64,000 bases of DNA, taken from contig CASDXP010000004.1 in the NCBI GenBank assembly GCA_949285455.1, positions 5,609 to 69,608 of the forward strand. The letters run 5' to 3'. A model generated the notes under the pieces. That model did no database searches. It saw only the letters and a program-made list of their open reading frames with translations, and was not told where the DNA came from. Position 1 is the stretch's first letter; the number at the start of each line of letters is the position of its first letter. The position numbers were made by a program, and so were the translations under genes. This document shows, piece by piece, positions 29,156 through 38,822 of this stretch. The DNA comes from an uncultured bacterium. Its GTDB lineage: Bacteria > Bacillota_I > Bacilli_A > RFN20 > CAG-826.

Positions 29156-31708
29156 ATGCATAAAACTTTACTAAAATCATTCTTAAGAGGCATAAAGGCT
29201 AATATCTCGCGTTTGATTGCTATCATGGTCATCGCGGCTTTAGGCGTTGGTTTTTTAGTTGGTTTATTATCTTCTACTCCTTCGATTCAGCGTAGCGTCG
29301 ACACATATTATGATCAATATCAAGTCGCTGACATCGATTTACAAACTTCTTACGGGGTTGGAAAAGAAGATTTAGCGTTAATTTCAAGCATCGATGGAGT
29401 AAAAGAAGTTAAAATCGAATATCGTATGGATGAAGATGCTTTAGTGAACAATGAAAGAAGGGCCACTAAGTTCATTCAATACGATTTCACATCTACGATT
29501 AATAAAATCGAATTAGTGGAAGGAAGAATTCCTAATCCGGGAAATTTTGAATGTGTCGTCCACGAAGAAAACGCTTTCCTTCTTGATATCAATGTAGGAT
29601 CTAGAATCGATTACGATGGTCATACTTATACAGTCGTAGGCATTGTTAACGATCCATTATTCTTCGCTAATACGAGACAAATATCTAGTTTAGATAAAGG
29701 TTTTTTAGAAGTTATTTGTTATCTTAATCAAGAAGATTTTCCTGACCAAGAAATATTTACGAATATTTACATCATCGTCGAAGGAGCGAAAGAATTAGAT
29801 TCTTTTTCTAATCGTTATAGCGATTTAGTGGAAAGTGTCGTCGATGAAATCTCGGCTTTATCTCGCCAATTGGAAGATTTAAGAAAAGCGGAGATGGAAA
29901 ATATTATCGCTAGTGAAGTAGAAGAACAAATTTTACTTACTCTACAAGAAATTAGAGATACTTACTTCCCTGAAATTAGTGATGCTATATTAGAAGAATT
30001 AGTGGCGAGATTTGTCGAAACTGACATATTTAATAATTTAGTGACTGAACAACTCGAACAATATTTCACCAATACACCATTTAGTATCTATGCCTTAGGA
30101 AGAGATTCTTTTCAATCTTTTAGAACATATAAGGAAAATGCTTTAAAAGTTCAAACGATTGCTTTTATCTTCCCAGTTTTCTTCGTTTTAATTGCCGCTT
30201 TAGTGGTTTTAACCACTATGACGCGTATGATCGAAGAAGAAAGAGGACAAATTGGTACTTTAAAATCCTTAGGGTTCAATAAGAAAAGTATCGCCTTTAA
30301 TTATATCGGTTATGGAGCATTTGCCTCTATTTTAGGAGCGCTTGGCGGTATCGCTATCGGCATATTGATGATTCCAGGCTTCATTTATCAAGCATTCTCG
30401 ACGATGTTCACTTTACCGCCTTTTATCTTCTCTTTAAATTTACTTGGAACATTCATTTCTTTCTTCTTAATAATCGCTACCGTCTTATTAGTAACTTTCT
30501 TAACAATTTATAAAGCATTACATGAAAAACCGGCTTATTTGATGCAAAAGAAAGCTCCTAAACCTGGGAAGAAGATATTCTTAGAACACGTTCCTTTCAT
30601 TTGGAATCGTTTGAAATTTAAAAATAAATCAGCTTTAAGAAATGTCTTCCGTTACAAGAAACATATGTTGATGACGATCATCGGTGTCGCGGGATGCACT
30701 GGTTTATTACTTGCTGGATTTGGCTTAAGAGATTCTTTTTCTAATACTGCGAATATGCAAATTAATACGATTCAAAAATATGATATGAGCGTCATCGTCA
30801 ACGATATTGATTCACCATTACAAGAATTAGAAATGTATGATAAGACAATCGTATCTATAACAAGTATCGTCGTCACGAGCGATTCAAATGAACAGGTAAG
30901 TGCGAAGCTCATCGCTTTTCAAGACGCTTCTTTAGCTAAAAACTTCGTCGAAGTAGATGAAGATTTCAACGCGAATTCGTTATATCTTACGACGCAGTTA
31001 TTAAAAACTTACGAAGGTATTACAAAATCGTTTAACTTTAGAGATTTAGAAGGCCATGCCTATGAAAATTTAGTAGTGACAGGAGAAGCCACATCTTATC
31101 TTGCTAACTTTGTTTACATGGGTGAAAATGTCTACTATGACACCTTTGGTGAAGAAGCTACATATAGTGCTTACTTAGTCGATTTGGATGGTTTAACGAA
31201 CGAAGAAGTACAAACTCTTGCCGATAAATTAAGCGATAATCCTAACGTCAGCGCTTATGATCTCACGAGCGATACCGCGAAAAACTTCAATTTACTCGTC
31301 CAAAATATCGATGGTATCGTCTTAGTTGTCATCATCGCAAGTGCAGCTTTAGCGTTAACAGTTATTTATAATCTGACTAATATTAATATTATCGAAAGAA
31401 ACAAAGAAATTGCTTCTTTAAAAGTTCTTGGTTATCACAAACGCGAAGTAAGTGGATATGTTTTTAAAGAAACTTTCATCTTAACTACTATGGGTGTGCT
31501 TGTAGGATTAATAGCAGGAGTGCTTCTTACAGTATTTATTATCTCCGCTATCTCATCTTTGGAAATGACGATAGGTTTAATGATCAATTGGTATACTTAT
31601 TTTATTGCAATCCTCGTGACTTATTTATTCTTAGGAATGGTCGACTTCGTCATGTATTTTAAACTTAAACGTATCTCGATGGCGGAATCGCTCAAATCAC
31701 CTGAATAA
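29156..31708 (+). CDS. ABC transporter permease with two FtsX-like domains (MacB-type)
   Basis: 850 aa. Two 4-TM FtsX modules are separated by large extracytoplasmic domains, and REIASLKVLGY-type motifs occur twice. Confidence 0.88.
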   Translation: MHKTLLKSFLRGIKANISRLIAIMVIAALGVGFLVGLLSSTPSIQRSVDTYYDQYQVADIDLQTSYGVGKEDLALISSIDGVKEVKIEYRMDEDALVNNERRATKFIQYDFTSTINKIELVEGRIPNPGNFECVVHEENAFLLDINVGSRIDYDGHTYTVVGIVNDPLFFANTRQISSLDKGFLEVICYLNQEDFPDQEIFTNIYIIVEGAKELDSFSNRYSDLVESVVDEISALSRQLEDLRKAEMENIIASEVEEQILLTLQEIRDTYFPEISDAILEELVARFVETDIFNNLVTEQLEQYFTNTPFSIYALGRDSFQSFRTYKENALKVQTIAFIFPVFFVLIAALVVLTTMTRMIEEERGQIGTLKSLGFNKKSIAFNYIGYGAFASILGALGGIAIGILMIPGFIYQAFSTMFTLPPFIFSLNLLGTFISFFLIIATVLLVTFLTIYKALHEKPAYLMQKKAPKPGKKIFLEHVPFIWNRLKFKNKSALRNVFRYKKHMLMTIIGVAGCTGLLLAGFGLRDSFSNTANMQINTIQKYDMSVIVNDIDSPLQELEMYDKTIVSITSIVVTSDSNEQVSAKLIAFQDASLAKNFVEVDEDFNANSLYLTTQLLKTYEGITKSFNFRDLEGHAYENLVVTGEATSYLANFVYMGENVYYDTFGEEATYSAYLVDLDGLTNEEVQTLADKLSDNPNVSAYDLTSDTAKNFNLLVQNIDGIVLVVIIASAALALTVIYNLTNINIIERNKEIASLKVLGYHKREVSGYVFKETFILTTMGVLVGLIAGVLLTVFIISAISSLEMTIGLMINWYTYFIAILVTYLFLGMVDFVMYFKLKRISMAESLKSPE

Positions 31709-31756
31709 AATGTTATAATATTTAAAACAAGAAAAAGTTAGAAAGGGGTAGTTTTT

Positions 31757-32188
31757 ATGTTAATTGATGAATTGAGAAAAGCAAATATTGAAGCTTTAAA
31801 AAATCGCGATAAAGATAAACGTGCGATATATAGTGTCGTCATCAATCGTTACGATTTATTAAGCAAAGAGAAAGCATGTGATGATGTCGACTTAGCAAAA
31901 ATTATTAATAAAGTGAAAAAAGAATTGAAGGAAGAAAAAGACGGTTATTTAAAAGCTCATAATGAAATTGGGGCAAAAAGAATTGAAATGCAAGAAAAGG
32001 CTTTGGAACCATTCACTCCCCCGATGCTAAGTAGAAGTGAAATTAGAGCCATTCTTTTAAAACTTCCAGATAAATCTATGAAATATGTCATGTCTTACTT
32101 TAAAAATAATTATGAAGGACGAGTGGATATGACGGTTGTAAGGCAGGTACATCTTTTATTATGGGACACTATTCTATCATCCGATTAA
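31757..32188 (+). CDS. GatB/YqeY domain protein
   Basis: 143 aa with the N-terminus LIDELRKANIEALKNRDKDKRAIYSVV typical of YqeY. Confidence 0.75.
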   Translation: MLIDELRKANIEALKNRDKDKRAIYSVVINRYDLLSKEKACDDVDLAKIINKVKKELKEEKDGYLKAHNEIGAKRIEMQEKALEPFTPPMLSRSEIRAILLKLPDKSMKYVMSYFKNNYEGRVDMTVVRQVHLLLWDTILSSD

Positions 32189-32565
32189 ATACAGATGTTG
32201 AGGGAATGTATGACATCACCTCTAAAGTTCAAGAATGTTTGAAACAAAGCCGAGTTAAAAGTGGTATTATGGTCGTTTTTACGACGCATACAAGCGCGGC
32301 TATAACTATCAATGAAAACGCTGATCCTGACGTTAAAAGTGACGTCATGAAAACATTAGATCAAAAATTTCCTAAGGAAAGATATCATGAACATATGGAA
32401 GGTAATAGCGACGCGCACGTCAAATCTTCCTTAGTGGGACCTTCTTTAAGTTTAATCATCGAAGATGGTAAAATTATTTTAGGGACGTGGCAAGGAATTT
32501 ATTTTATGGAATTCGATGGTCCGCGTACAAGAAATGTTCACGTTAAAATTATGGAGGATAAGTAA
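32161..32565 (+). CDS. YjbQ family protein (UPF0047, secondary thiamine-phosphate synthase-like)
   Basis: HTSAAITINENADPDV, GNSDAHVKSSLVGPS and GTWQGIYFMEFDGPRTR. Confidence 0.85.
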   Translation: MGHYSIIRLNTDVEGMYDITSKVQECLKQSRVKSGIMVVFTTHTSAAITINENADPDVKSDVMKTLDQKFPKERYHEHMEGNSDAHVKSSLVGPSLSLIIEDGKIILGTWQGIYFMEFDGPRTRNVHVKIMEDK

Positions 32566-32568
32566 ATT

Positions 32569-33081
32569 ATGAATAAAGAAGCATTAGATGTTATTTTCAA
32601 AAGAGCAAGCATTCGTAAATTTAGCGATGAAGAAGTGAGCGAAGAAGATATTAAAATAATCTTAGAAGCCGCTTTTAGCGCCCCGAGTGCACGCAATATG
32701 AGACCATATCATTTCATCGTTATTAAAGATAGTAAATTTAAAGAAGAAATTTCAAAACTTTCCGTAGGAAAAGGTTTATTAAAAGAGGCGAAAGTGGTCT
32801 TTGCTATCATCGGTGATTTAAGCATCAATCCCGCTTATGAATTCGTCATGAACGATACTTCCGCTTGCATTGAAAATATGTTGCTTGCCGTCACCGCCTT
32901 AGATTTAGGAGCTTGTTGGTGCGGGCAAAGAAGAGATGAAACGGATGCACTCACAAGAAAGATTTTAAATCTAAATGAAGATATGTTTGTGTCCGGCTTC
33001 ATTGGTGTCGGTCATAAAGGACAAGAAAAAGTTCAAGTTAGCCGTTACGATGAAACAAAAGTTCATTTAAATCGTTTTTAA
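32569..33081 (+). CDS. Nitroreductase family protein
   Basis: 170 aa with RASIRKF.., APSARNMRPYHFIVI and GACWCG. Confidence 0.8.
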   Translation: MNKEALDVIFKRASIRKFSDEEVSEEDIKIILEAAFSAPSARNMRPYHFIVIKDSKFKEEISKLSVGKGLLKEAKVVFAIIGDLSINPAYEFVMNDTSACIENMLLAVTALDLGACWCGQRRDETDALTRKILNLNEDMFVSGFIGVGHKGQEKVQVSRYDETKVHLNRF

Positions 33082-33123
33082 TCCTTTCTAGTTTATTAAA
33101 TTCGTGGTAATATAATTGCCGCT

Positions 33124-33197
33124 AGGGGCGTAGTTAAACGGCATAGCAACGGTCTCCAAAACCGTTATTGCGGGTTCGATTCCTGCCGCCCCTGCCA
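33124..33197 (+). tRNA. tRNA-Trp (anticodon CCA)
   Basis: 74 nt. Acceptor AGGGGCG/CGCCCCT, anticodon arm ACGGT-CTCCAAA-ACCGT, GGTTCGATTCC T-loop and an encoded CCA. Confidence 0.95.
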
Positions 33198-33241
33198 ATT
33201 ATGCTTATAATTTGATACTTTGTATCAAAATAATAATATTC

Positions 33242-33262
33242 GCTCGAGAAATCGGGTTTTTT
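33242..33262 (+). terminator. Short GNRA-loop terminator downstream of tRNA-Trp
   Basis: GCTCGA-GAAA-TCGGGT followed by TTTTTATTTTT. It is nearly identical to the element after tRNA-Ser(GCU). Confidence 0.55.
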
Positions 33263-33456
33263 ATTTTTATCTTAATCCTTATAATGATGCAAAATTGAAA
33301 GAAGCTTACGACAAGGCAAAATAATAAATGTATTCGCTAATTGTCCTATACTTAAGATATATCCACGTCAACACTAAAATTTAATTGGTGTTAAAGGTTA
33401 TTCATAATCTACTTAAGTTTTAAAAAAAATTGAATTTTTAATAATGAATTTTCTTC

Positions 33457-34653
33457 TTATTTAATATTCAATAAATAGACGAAAAATTCATCGAGATATT
33501 TTCTTAGATTATATAGTTCAGTTTTGCAAGATGGAAAGATGAAGTTTTCAAGATATATTTTCTTGTTTAATTCGATCGTCATCGAATAGATGTTATTTTT
33601 TCTTCTATTTAAAATGTGATAACTATCAGCGTATGGAAATTTAAAAGAAACTTTGAAGTGATAAAGATGATTTAAGTAATGGATTTTTCTTTTAATTTTC
33701 TTTTTTAGTTCATCGTTAAAATTTGATGAAAAAGTGATGTTAATATCAGGGAAATTTCTATTTTTAAAATGAGGAAATTTTTTGATGATATAAGATTCAT
33801 CAAAGGAGTGGAGCGAGATGATAAACAAATTATTTTTAGTCTTCATTGCTTCGTTTTGCACCGCGCATTCGAATTGATGATTAAAATCTATCCATTGGCG
33901 TAATATTTTAAAATAATTTGGATCTTGGTAAGCATATTTAAATTTTCTAATTCTAACTTTATGTTCTTCATATGGTGATATAGCGTATTGTGGTAGAAAA
34001 GAAAAACCATCCTTTTCTTCTTTTGCATCGTTTCCGATGAGCCTTTCTAAATCGAAAAATAGACGCGAATATTTATTCGAAGCGAAGAAAGAAAATCTTT
34101 TTCCGTTAACAAGTTTATCTAAGAGTGGATCAGAATTGAAATTACTTAGAGTAATAAATGTTCTTTTGTCTATACAAAAAGATGATTTCATCTCATCAAA
34201 TTTATCGACACTAGGACTAAGATGAGGGATACGTAAGACGAGCGAATTAATTCTATTTTCATAAATTCTTTTATATTTTTCTTTCATCGATTTAATTTGC
34301 TTGTTGATTTTACATAATTCATAACGGATGTATTTCGTTTTATTTAATTTTCGTTCTTTATCTAAAATTTTAGGAATTTCTTCTTTTAAATATTGGAGCA
34401 GTAATTGTTTAGTAGGATAAAGTGGTTCATTAATGATTTGCTTATCTTTCGTGCGGTGGTGCATTTGAAAGCTTTTAAAATAATAGATGTAGTCTTTAAT
34501 TTCATGGTCTAGTTTTTCAATGTAATCGACGTTACGATAACCTTCCAAGTAACAACATAAATATTTGATAGACATTCCTAACTTATAATCGTAGCCAGTT
34601 AATGCCTTAGTGTTCCTTACTTCTAAGATAGGATCTTTTTTCTTTTTTGCCAT
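33457..34653 (-). CDS. Uncharacterised protein: Lys-rich N-terminal ~135 aa + N-formylglutamate amidohydrolase (FGase, PF05013-like) domain
   Basis: 398 aa. The motifs RIPHLSP, YSRLFFDLERL, LFIISLHSF, FPYADSY and MTIELNKKIYL parallel the FGase pattern (PHxG, SRxxxDxNR, xHSF, NxPYxG, xEIxxxLY). GAGGAG RBS lies upstream. Confidence 0.55.
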   Translation of the reverse strand: MAKKKKDPILEVRNTKALTGYDYKLGMSIKYLCCYLEGYRNVDYIEKLDHEIKDYIYYFKSFQMHHRTKDKQIINEPLYPTKQLLLQYLKEEIPKILDKERKLNKTKYIRYELCKINKQIKSMKEKYKRIYENRINSLVLRIPHLSPSVDKFDEMKSSFCIDKRTFITLSNFNSDPLLDKLVNGKRFSFFASNKYSRLFFDLERLIGNDAKEEKDGFSFLPQYAISPYEEHKVRIRKFKYAYQDPNYFKILRQWIDFNHQFECAVQNEAMKTKNNLFIISLHSFDESYIIKKFPHFKNRNFPDINITFSSNFNDELKKKIKRKIHYLNHLYHFKVSFKFPYADSYHILNRRKNNIYSMTIELNKKIYLENFIFPSCKTELYNLRKYLDEFFVYLLNIK

Positions 34654-34681
34654 ATGAGTTCTCCTCGTGAAGTGAACCCAT

Positions 34682-34835
34682 AAAAATAAAAACGCCCATC
34701 GATGATGGGGCGACTTAAACCAAGTAATTTAATGTTTCCCATCGTTCAAGCTTTGGCACTTTACTAACTTCAACTTCTTAGCAAGTTGCCGGTGGGTCAC
34801 GGGGCTTGTCCCTCGCCACACTCTTTATGGATTCT
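34682..34835 (-). promoter_or_regulatory. SAM-I (S-box) riboswitch with intrinsic terminator expression platform
   Basis: The minus strand reads UCCAUAAAGAGUGUGGCGAGGGACAAGCCCCGUGACCCACCGGCAAC...(long P3)...AAAGUGCCAAAGCUUGAACGAUGGGA. This carries the S-box signatures AGAG, GAGGGA, GCCC, CGGCAAC, GUGCCAA and a P1 closing GAUGG. The terminator CGCCCCAUCAUCGAUGGGCG + U5AU5 lies at 34682-34712, and its 5' arm can alternatively pair with the P1 3' strand. Confidence 0.8.
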
Positions 34836-34840
34836 TAATC

Positions 34841-34869
34841 ATTATAGTAAGATTTTTAAAAATTGGAAA
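34841..34869 (-). promoter_or_regulatory. Promoter of the S-box leader
   Basis: Minus strand: TTTCCA, 17 nt, TATAAT. The -10 lies ~7 nt upstream of the start of P1. Confidence 0.55.
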
Positions 34870-34982
34870 TATTTTTTCATCAGTGTTGTTAGAGAAATTC
34901 TATCAATTTGTCCCTATATTGGTTACTTAAATATCTTCATATTTTTAGGATTTTATAATTATAAAAGTAGGAGGAAAATCAA

Positions 34983-35438
34983 ATGTCGAAATTTAAATTA
35001 GGAATTATTCTAAGTTGTTCTTTGATTTTAACGGCAATGGTGATTTTATTAATTTGGTCTAGTGTAATAATGCTTTCACCACTTCCAGATTTGAATGCTG
35101 AACAAGCTCAAGCTGTCATTTTAACTTATTCTTTAGTCGTTGTTTTATTAAGTATGGAAATAGTGTTTTATATTTTACCTATCATCTCAGCAGTGAAGGA
35201 TGACCCATCAATTTATTTAGGTATCATCTTATTATTATTTGGTGGAATAATTCCTGGCATTTTGTATTTAAATTGGTACAACTTCGAAGCTACATCGCCA
35301 GAAGTGCGTGAGCACAAGAAAGCTGAACGCTCACTAATAAATTATTCTGTTGAGTATAAATTAACTAAAGCTGCCGCGGCTAATGGCAAAGTTATTGAAA
35401 AGGCTAAAGCTAACGAAATTAGATTCTTTCACAAATAA
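34983..35438 (+). CDS. Small membrane protein, unknown function
   Basis: 151 aa with 3-4 TM helices and an AGGAGG RBS 7 nt upstream. Confidence 0.6.
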   Translation: MSKFKLGIILSCSLILTAMVILLIWSSVIMLSPLPDLNAEQAQAVILTYSLVVVLLSMEIVFYILPIISAVKDDPSIYLGIILLLFGGIIPGILYLNWYNFEATSPEVREHKKAERSLINYSVEYKLTKAAAANGKVIEKAKANEIRFFHK

Positions 35439-35467
35439 GTATACCAATTAATATAATTCTAATTTAG

Positions 35468-35490
35468 CATCCTCATATGAGGATGTTTTT
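35468..35490 (+). terminator. Intrinsic terminator
   Basis: CATCCTCATATGAGGATG perfect palindrome followed by TTTTT. Confidence 0.85.
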
Positions 35491-35586
35491 ATTTATTGGG
35501 TTTTTATTAATTAATAAATATTTTTTAAATATCAATCACAGTATCTTTATTATTTGATAAAATAAAATTAGAAAAGGGGATAAATT

Positions 35587-36642
35587 ATGAAAAAGATCGT
35601 TTTGGCGTGTGTAGCATTAAGTCTACTTTTACCTTTAGTAAGTGGCTGTGGAGAAGAAGGAAATGATGATCCAAAAACTTATCAAATAGATGTTGAAGTA
35701 AGTGAAATTTATGAAATTTATAATATTCAAAAAACTGCTCATGAAGGGGAGACAGTCTTCTTCGATGTAAGAAGTACTTCTGTATTTTATGATGTTGATA
35801 AAGTCTACGCGAATGATGTCGAAGTAACATTAGGTAGTCTAGGCTATTCTTTTATTATGCCAGGTGAAGATGTTTATCTTCGTGCTTCAACTCTAGAAGT
35901 TGGGGAATATGATGATTTAGACGATCATTTGAGTTGGGGTGATTCCGTTAATGGGAAAATAATTTCTTTAACAGAGGAAGAAAAAAATGATGGTTTCGAT
36001 CACTATCAAAGACTACCTTTAGTGTTCGACGGTATAAGTTCTGGAAATTGGATTACTTCCATCGAAACTGAAATTTATTCTTCTCATCAAGAAATCATTC
36101 CTAATGAAGCTATTACTTTTGTAGAAACTAAAGCCTCGACTTCCAGCGCTATTATTGGAGGATATTTAAATATAAATTTAAATAAAGTAAGTATCGGAAA
36201 AACTTATATCTACGTTCATCTTGATCCTAACAATGCTTCTTTAGGCACGCTTATTAGGGAATTTGAAGTTATTTCGCCCGAAGAAGAATTATATGAAACG
36301 ATGCCAATTACTTTCGAAATTGACAATAACACTAATTACGGTTTAGAAGATATATTTATCAATCTTACCGACACGATCGATGACGATATTAATTCTTATT
36401 TTTTAAGCGAAGCACAAGACGACGTCTTAGCATTTGATTATCGGGTTGGTCACACTTACCGTTTGACGGTAGGGGCAAGAGATGAAAATAATAATTATGT
36501 TACTTTATATTTAAACGAATGGGTGGGAACGAACGTCGGTGGTTTCACCAATACAATCGAAGAAGATTCTAGCCGAGACGGCTTATATTATTTAGTAGTG
36601 GAAACTTCTGGAATTAGTGTCCCATTAGTGATCAATGACTAA
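35587..36642 (+). CDS. Lipoprotein, unknown function
   Basis: Signal peptide with lipobox LVSGC. 351-aa acidic extracytoplasmic protein. Confidence 0.7.
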   Translation: MKKIVLACVALSLLLPLVSGCGEEGNDDPKTYQIDVEVSEIYEIYNIQKTAHEGETVFFDVRSTSVFYDVDKVYANDVEVTLGSLGYSFIMPGEDVYLRASTLEVGEYDDLDDHLSWGDSVNGKIISLTEEEKNDGFDHYQRLPLVFDGISSGNWITSIETEIYSSHQEIIPNEAITFVETKASTSSAIIGGYLNINLNKVSIGKTYIYVHLDPNNASLGTLIREFEVISPEEELYETMPITFEIDNNTNYGLEDIFINLTDTIDDDINSYFLSEAQDDVLAFDYRVGHTYRLTVGARDENNNYVTLYLNEWVGTNVGGFTNTIEEDSSRDGLYYLVVETSGISVPLVIND

Positions 36643-37668
36643 ATATTCATCTAAAGCTTCTTTTAATTTCTTATTAATTTTTAATGGTCCACGGATGTAG
36701 AAGACACCATATTGTTTTAATTTATCTAAATTAAATAAATCAGGTTCCATCTTTTTTATTAGTTTTAATTTCATCAATTTATTAATCTTCAATTTTTTAT
36801 TTTCGAAGTGATATGGTATATCAGTTTGTGTAACTTCCGTCTTATACATGATATATGAATAAGGACTTCCTACATACATATAGACAATATCGCCTACTTC
36901 GATATGCGTCGATTGTTTCCAAACGATTTCATCTTGCCTATCGAAAGCGTGAGCAATATCAAAATAAGTGGGATTTGCAGGCGTTAACCACGTATTATGT
37001 TGTAAAGTAAACGCATGAGATTTATCGATTAAATCGAAGATGATTTCATCTTTTATATTTCCTTCTAAAATAATACTTAGCCAATTAATTTTATTCATAT
37101 GATAAGCAGGGAAGAAATGTTTATTATCAATTAAAGAAGAGATGAGAGATGGCTCTAATTTAAGATTGATAATTTCTATTATTTCATCATTATTTATGTC
37201 CAACTTACGAGCGTTAATTTGCATGATGATAGCGTACCATTTATTATTCTTTTTATTTTTATAAACACCATAACTAGCAAATTTTTCGAAAGGGAAGATG
37301 GCTTTATCTTCGTATTTATTTAAAATGTAACGTTCAATTCTATTCGCTTGATTTGATATAAATAAAATTAGCGTCGAACATTTGTCTCTAACGTCAATTA
37401 AAATTTCTCTAAGCGCTTCTTTCACTTGAAAGATGTAGCCTCCAGCTTGATTTGCGAAGCGAAAGTTTTGATATTCATCACCAAATTCTAAATCGTAGAT
37501 TTTAGCGTCTAAGTTTAAGCTATTATCGACTTTTAAAACGACTTTTAAAGTATCATTTATAATGTTTTTAGAAAACACTAAGTAGTCGTTTTCTTTTTTA
37601 AAACCATATGCTAAAAGTTTATCTTCTTGCAATGAATGATGTTGAAATATTTCTTCTTCAATACGCAT
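36625..37668 (-). CDS. MmcQ/YjbR-family domain protein fused to N-terminal unknown and C-terminal PUA-like (EVE/ASCH-like) regions
   Basis: The central segment ...KWYAIIMQI...HFFPAYHMNKINWLSIILEG is the YjbR signature. The C-terminal ~110 aa (WLTPANPTYFDI...VGDIVYMYVGSP...) resembles a PUA-like beta-barrel, but that call is weak. Confidence 0.55.
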   Translation of the reverse strand: MRIEEEIFQHHSLQEDKLLAYGFKKENDYLVFSKNIINDTLKVVLKVDNSLNLDAKIYDLEFGDEYQNFRFANQAGGYIFQVKEALREILIDVRDKCSTLILFISNQANRIERYILNKYEDKAIFPFEKFASYGVYKNKKNNKWYAIIMQINARKLDINNDEIIEIINLKLEPSLISSLIDNKHFFPAYHMNKINWLSIILEGNIKDEIIFDLIDKSHAFTLQHNTWLTPANPTYFDIAHAFDRQDEIVWKQSTHIEVGDIVYMYVGSPYSYIMYKTEVTQTDIPYHFENKKLKINKLMKLKLIKKMEPDLFNLDKLKQYGVFYIRGPLKINKKLKEALDEYLVIDH

Positions 37669-37670
37669 AA

Positions 37671-38063
37671 TTAATAGACGAGAGCGTCGCTATAACCATA
37701 TATGGTTAAATACTCGTTTAAAGTAGCAAGATCATATATTTCATTTTCGATGCAGTAGCGAATTATTAAAGCGTAGATTGATGAACTCGCTAGGGTGTAA
37801 CCAACTTTCTTTAATAAATATTTGCATTGGTGATTATTTAATCTTAAAGCAAATATGATTTTTATCATCGTATTTAACGTTGGAATAGATTTATTTGAAA
37901 TGATAGAAGAATAAGCTTGTTTGGTAATGTTCGCTCTTTTATATAACGTTGGAGCGTCCATTCCTTTTTCGTCCATAAGTTTATAAAGATAAGTGACAAA
38001 GTCACTAGATTTAGTGTCATTCTTTCGATGTAGGCGAATGAATTCATCTAAGGTCATGCTCAT
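37671..38063 (-). CDS. XRE-type helix-turn-helix protein
   Basis: 130 aa with HTH LYKRANITKQAYSSIISNKSIPTLNTMIKIIFAL. Its stop lies 2 nt before the start of the YjbR-fusion gene. Confidence 0.65.
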   Translation of the reverse strand: MSMTLDEFIRLHRKNDTKSSDFVTYLYKLMDEKGMDAPTLYKRANITKQAYSSIISNKSIPTLNTMIKIIFALRLNNHQCKYLLKKVGYTLASSSIYALIIRYCIENEIYDLATLNEYLTIYGYSDALVY

Positions 38064-38152
38064 ATTTTAGCATCTTTTCAAAAGTAAATTAACAATTGAC
38101 CTTTAGGTGGTTTAACTTTGCTAAATTATGGTTAGATTGAAAGGAGAAAAGA

Positions 38153-38809
38153 ATGAAAAAATCATTTGAAGAGATGAAAGAAGAAGTCGTTAGATTGTTA
38201 GGCGACACTAGTCTAAAAAAAGAAAAGCTCGATAGCCTAGAAGTTTCTTTCATTATCGCTTGTTATGCACATATTAAACAAATGAGATTTAACGATGAAC
38301 CATATCTTATGCACCCTCTAAGTGTTTTAAATCTTTATAGGCGATTAACGTGTCATATCAAAGACGAAAAAATATTAGAAAGATATCAAATTCCTTACGT
38401 TGGAGTAGAAGAAATATGTCTACTTCACGACGTCATCGAAGATAGCGATTTTACATTAAAGGACGTTGAAGATATCTTCGTAAAGAATAATTTAGGTGAT
38501 CATTTTCATCATCATATCGAAAAGTCTTTAAAACTTATTACGCATGACAAAAGGCAAGGTTATGAAAAATATATTCAAATTGTCATGCAAGACGAAAAAG
38601 CTTCTTTAGTGAAATTTCTCGATATGCAAGATAATTCCTTACTTTGTACTTTAGAAGGAAAATATTGTGAACTAGATTTAAATCGCATTAAAAAATATCA
38701 ATATTATTCACAAAAAATCGATGACTATTATCACTTTACGATGAAGTTTAATGCACTTCATAAATTGTTAGGATTTAAAGATTTTCGTCTTACATCTTAT
38801 CTAGAATAG
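38153..38809 (+). CDS. HD-domain protein of the RelA/SpoT hydrolase type (small alarmone hydrolase-like)
   Basis: AHIKQMRFNDEPYLMHPLSV...LLHDVIEDSDFTLKDVEDIF follows the HD_4 pattern (H..Q.R..G.PY..HP....LLHD..EDT). There is no synthetase domain. Confidence 0.7.
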   Translation: MKKSFEEMKEEVVRLLGDTSLKKEKLDSLEVSFIIACYAHIKQMRFNDEPYLMHPLSVLNLYRRLTCHIKDEKILERYQIPYVGVEEICLLHDVIEDSDFTLKDVEDIFVKNNLGDHFHHHIEKSLKLITHDKRQGYEKYIQIVMQDEKASLVKFLDMQDNSLLCTLEGKYCELDLNRIKKYQYYSQKIDDYYHFTMKFNALHKLLGFKDFRLTSYLE

Positions 38810-38822
38810 AAGGAGAAAAATT

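Noticed and set aside
34786-35001. 71-aa plus-strand ORF (MPVGHGACPSPHSLW...)
   Set aside because: It is the antisense translation of the GC-rich S-box riboswitch core and its promoter region.
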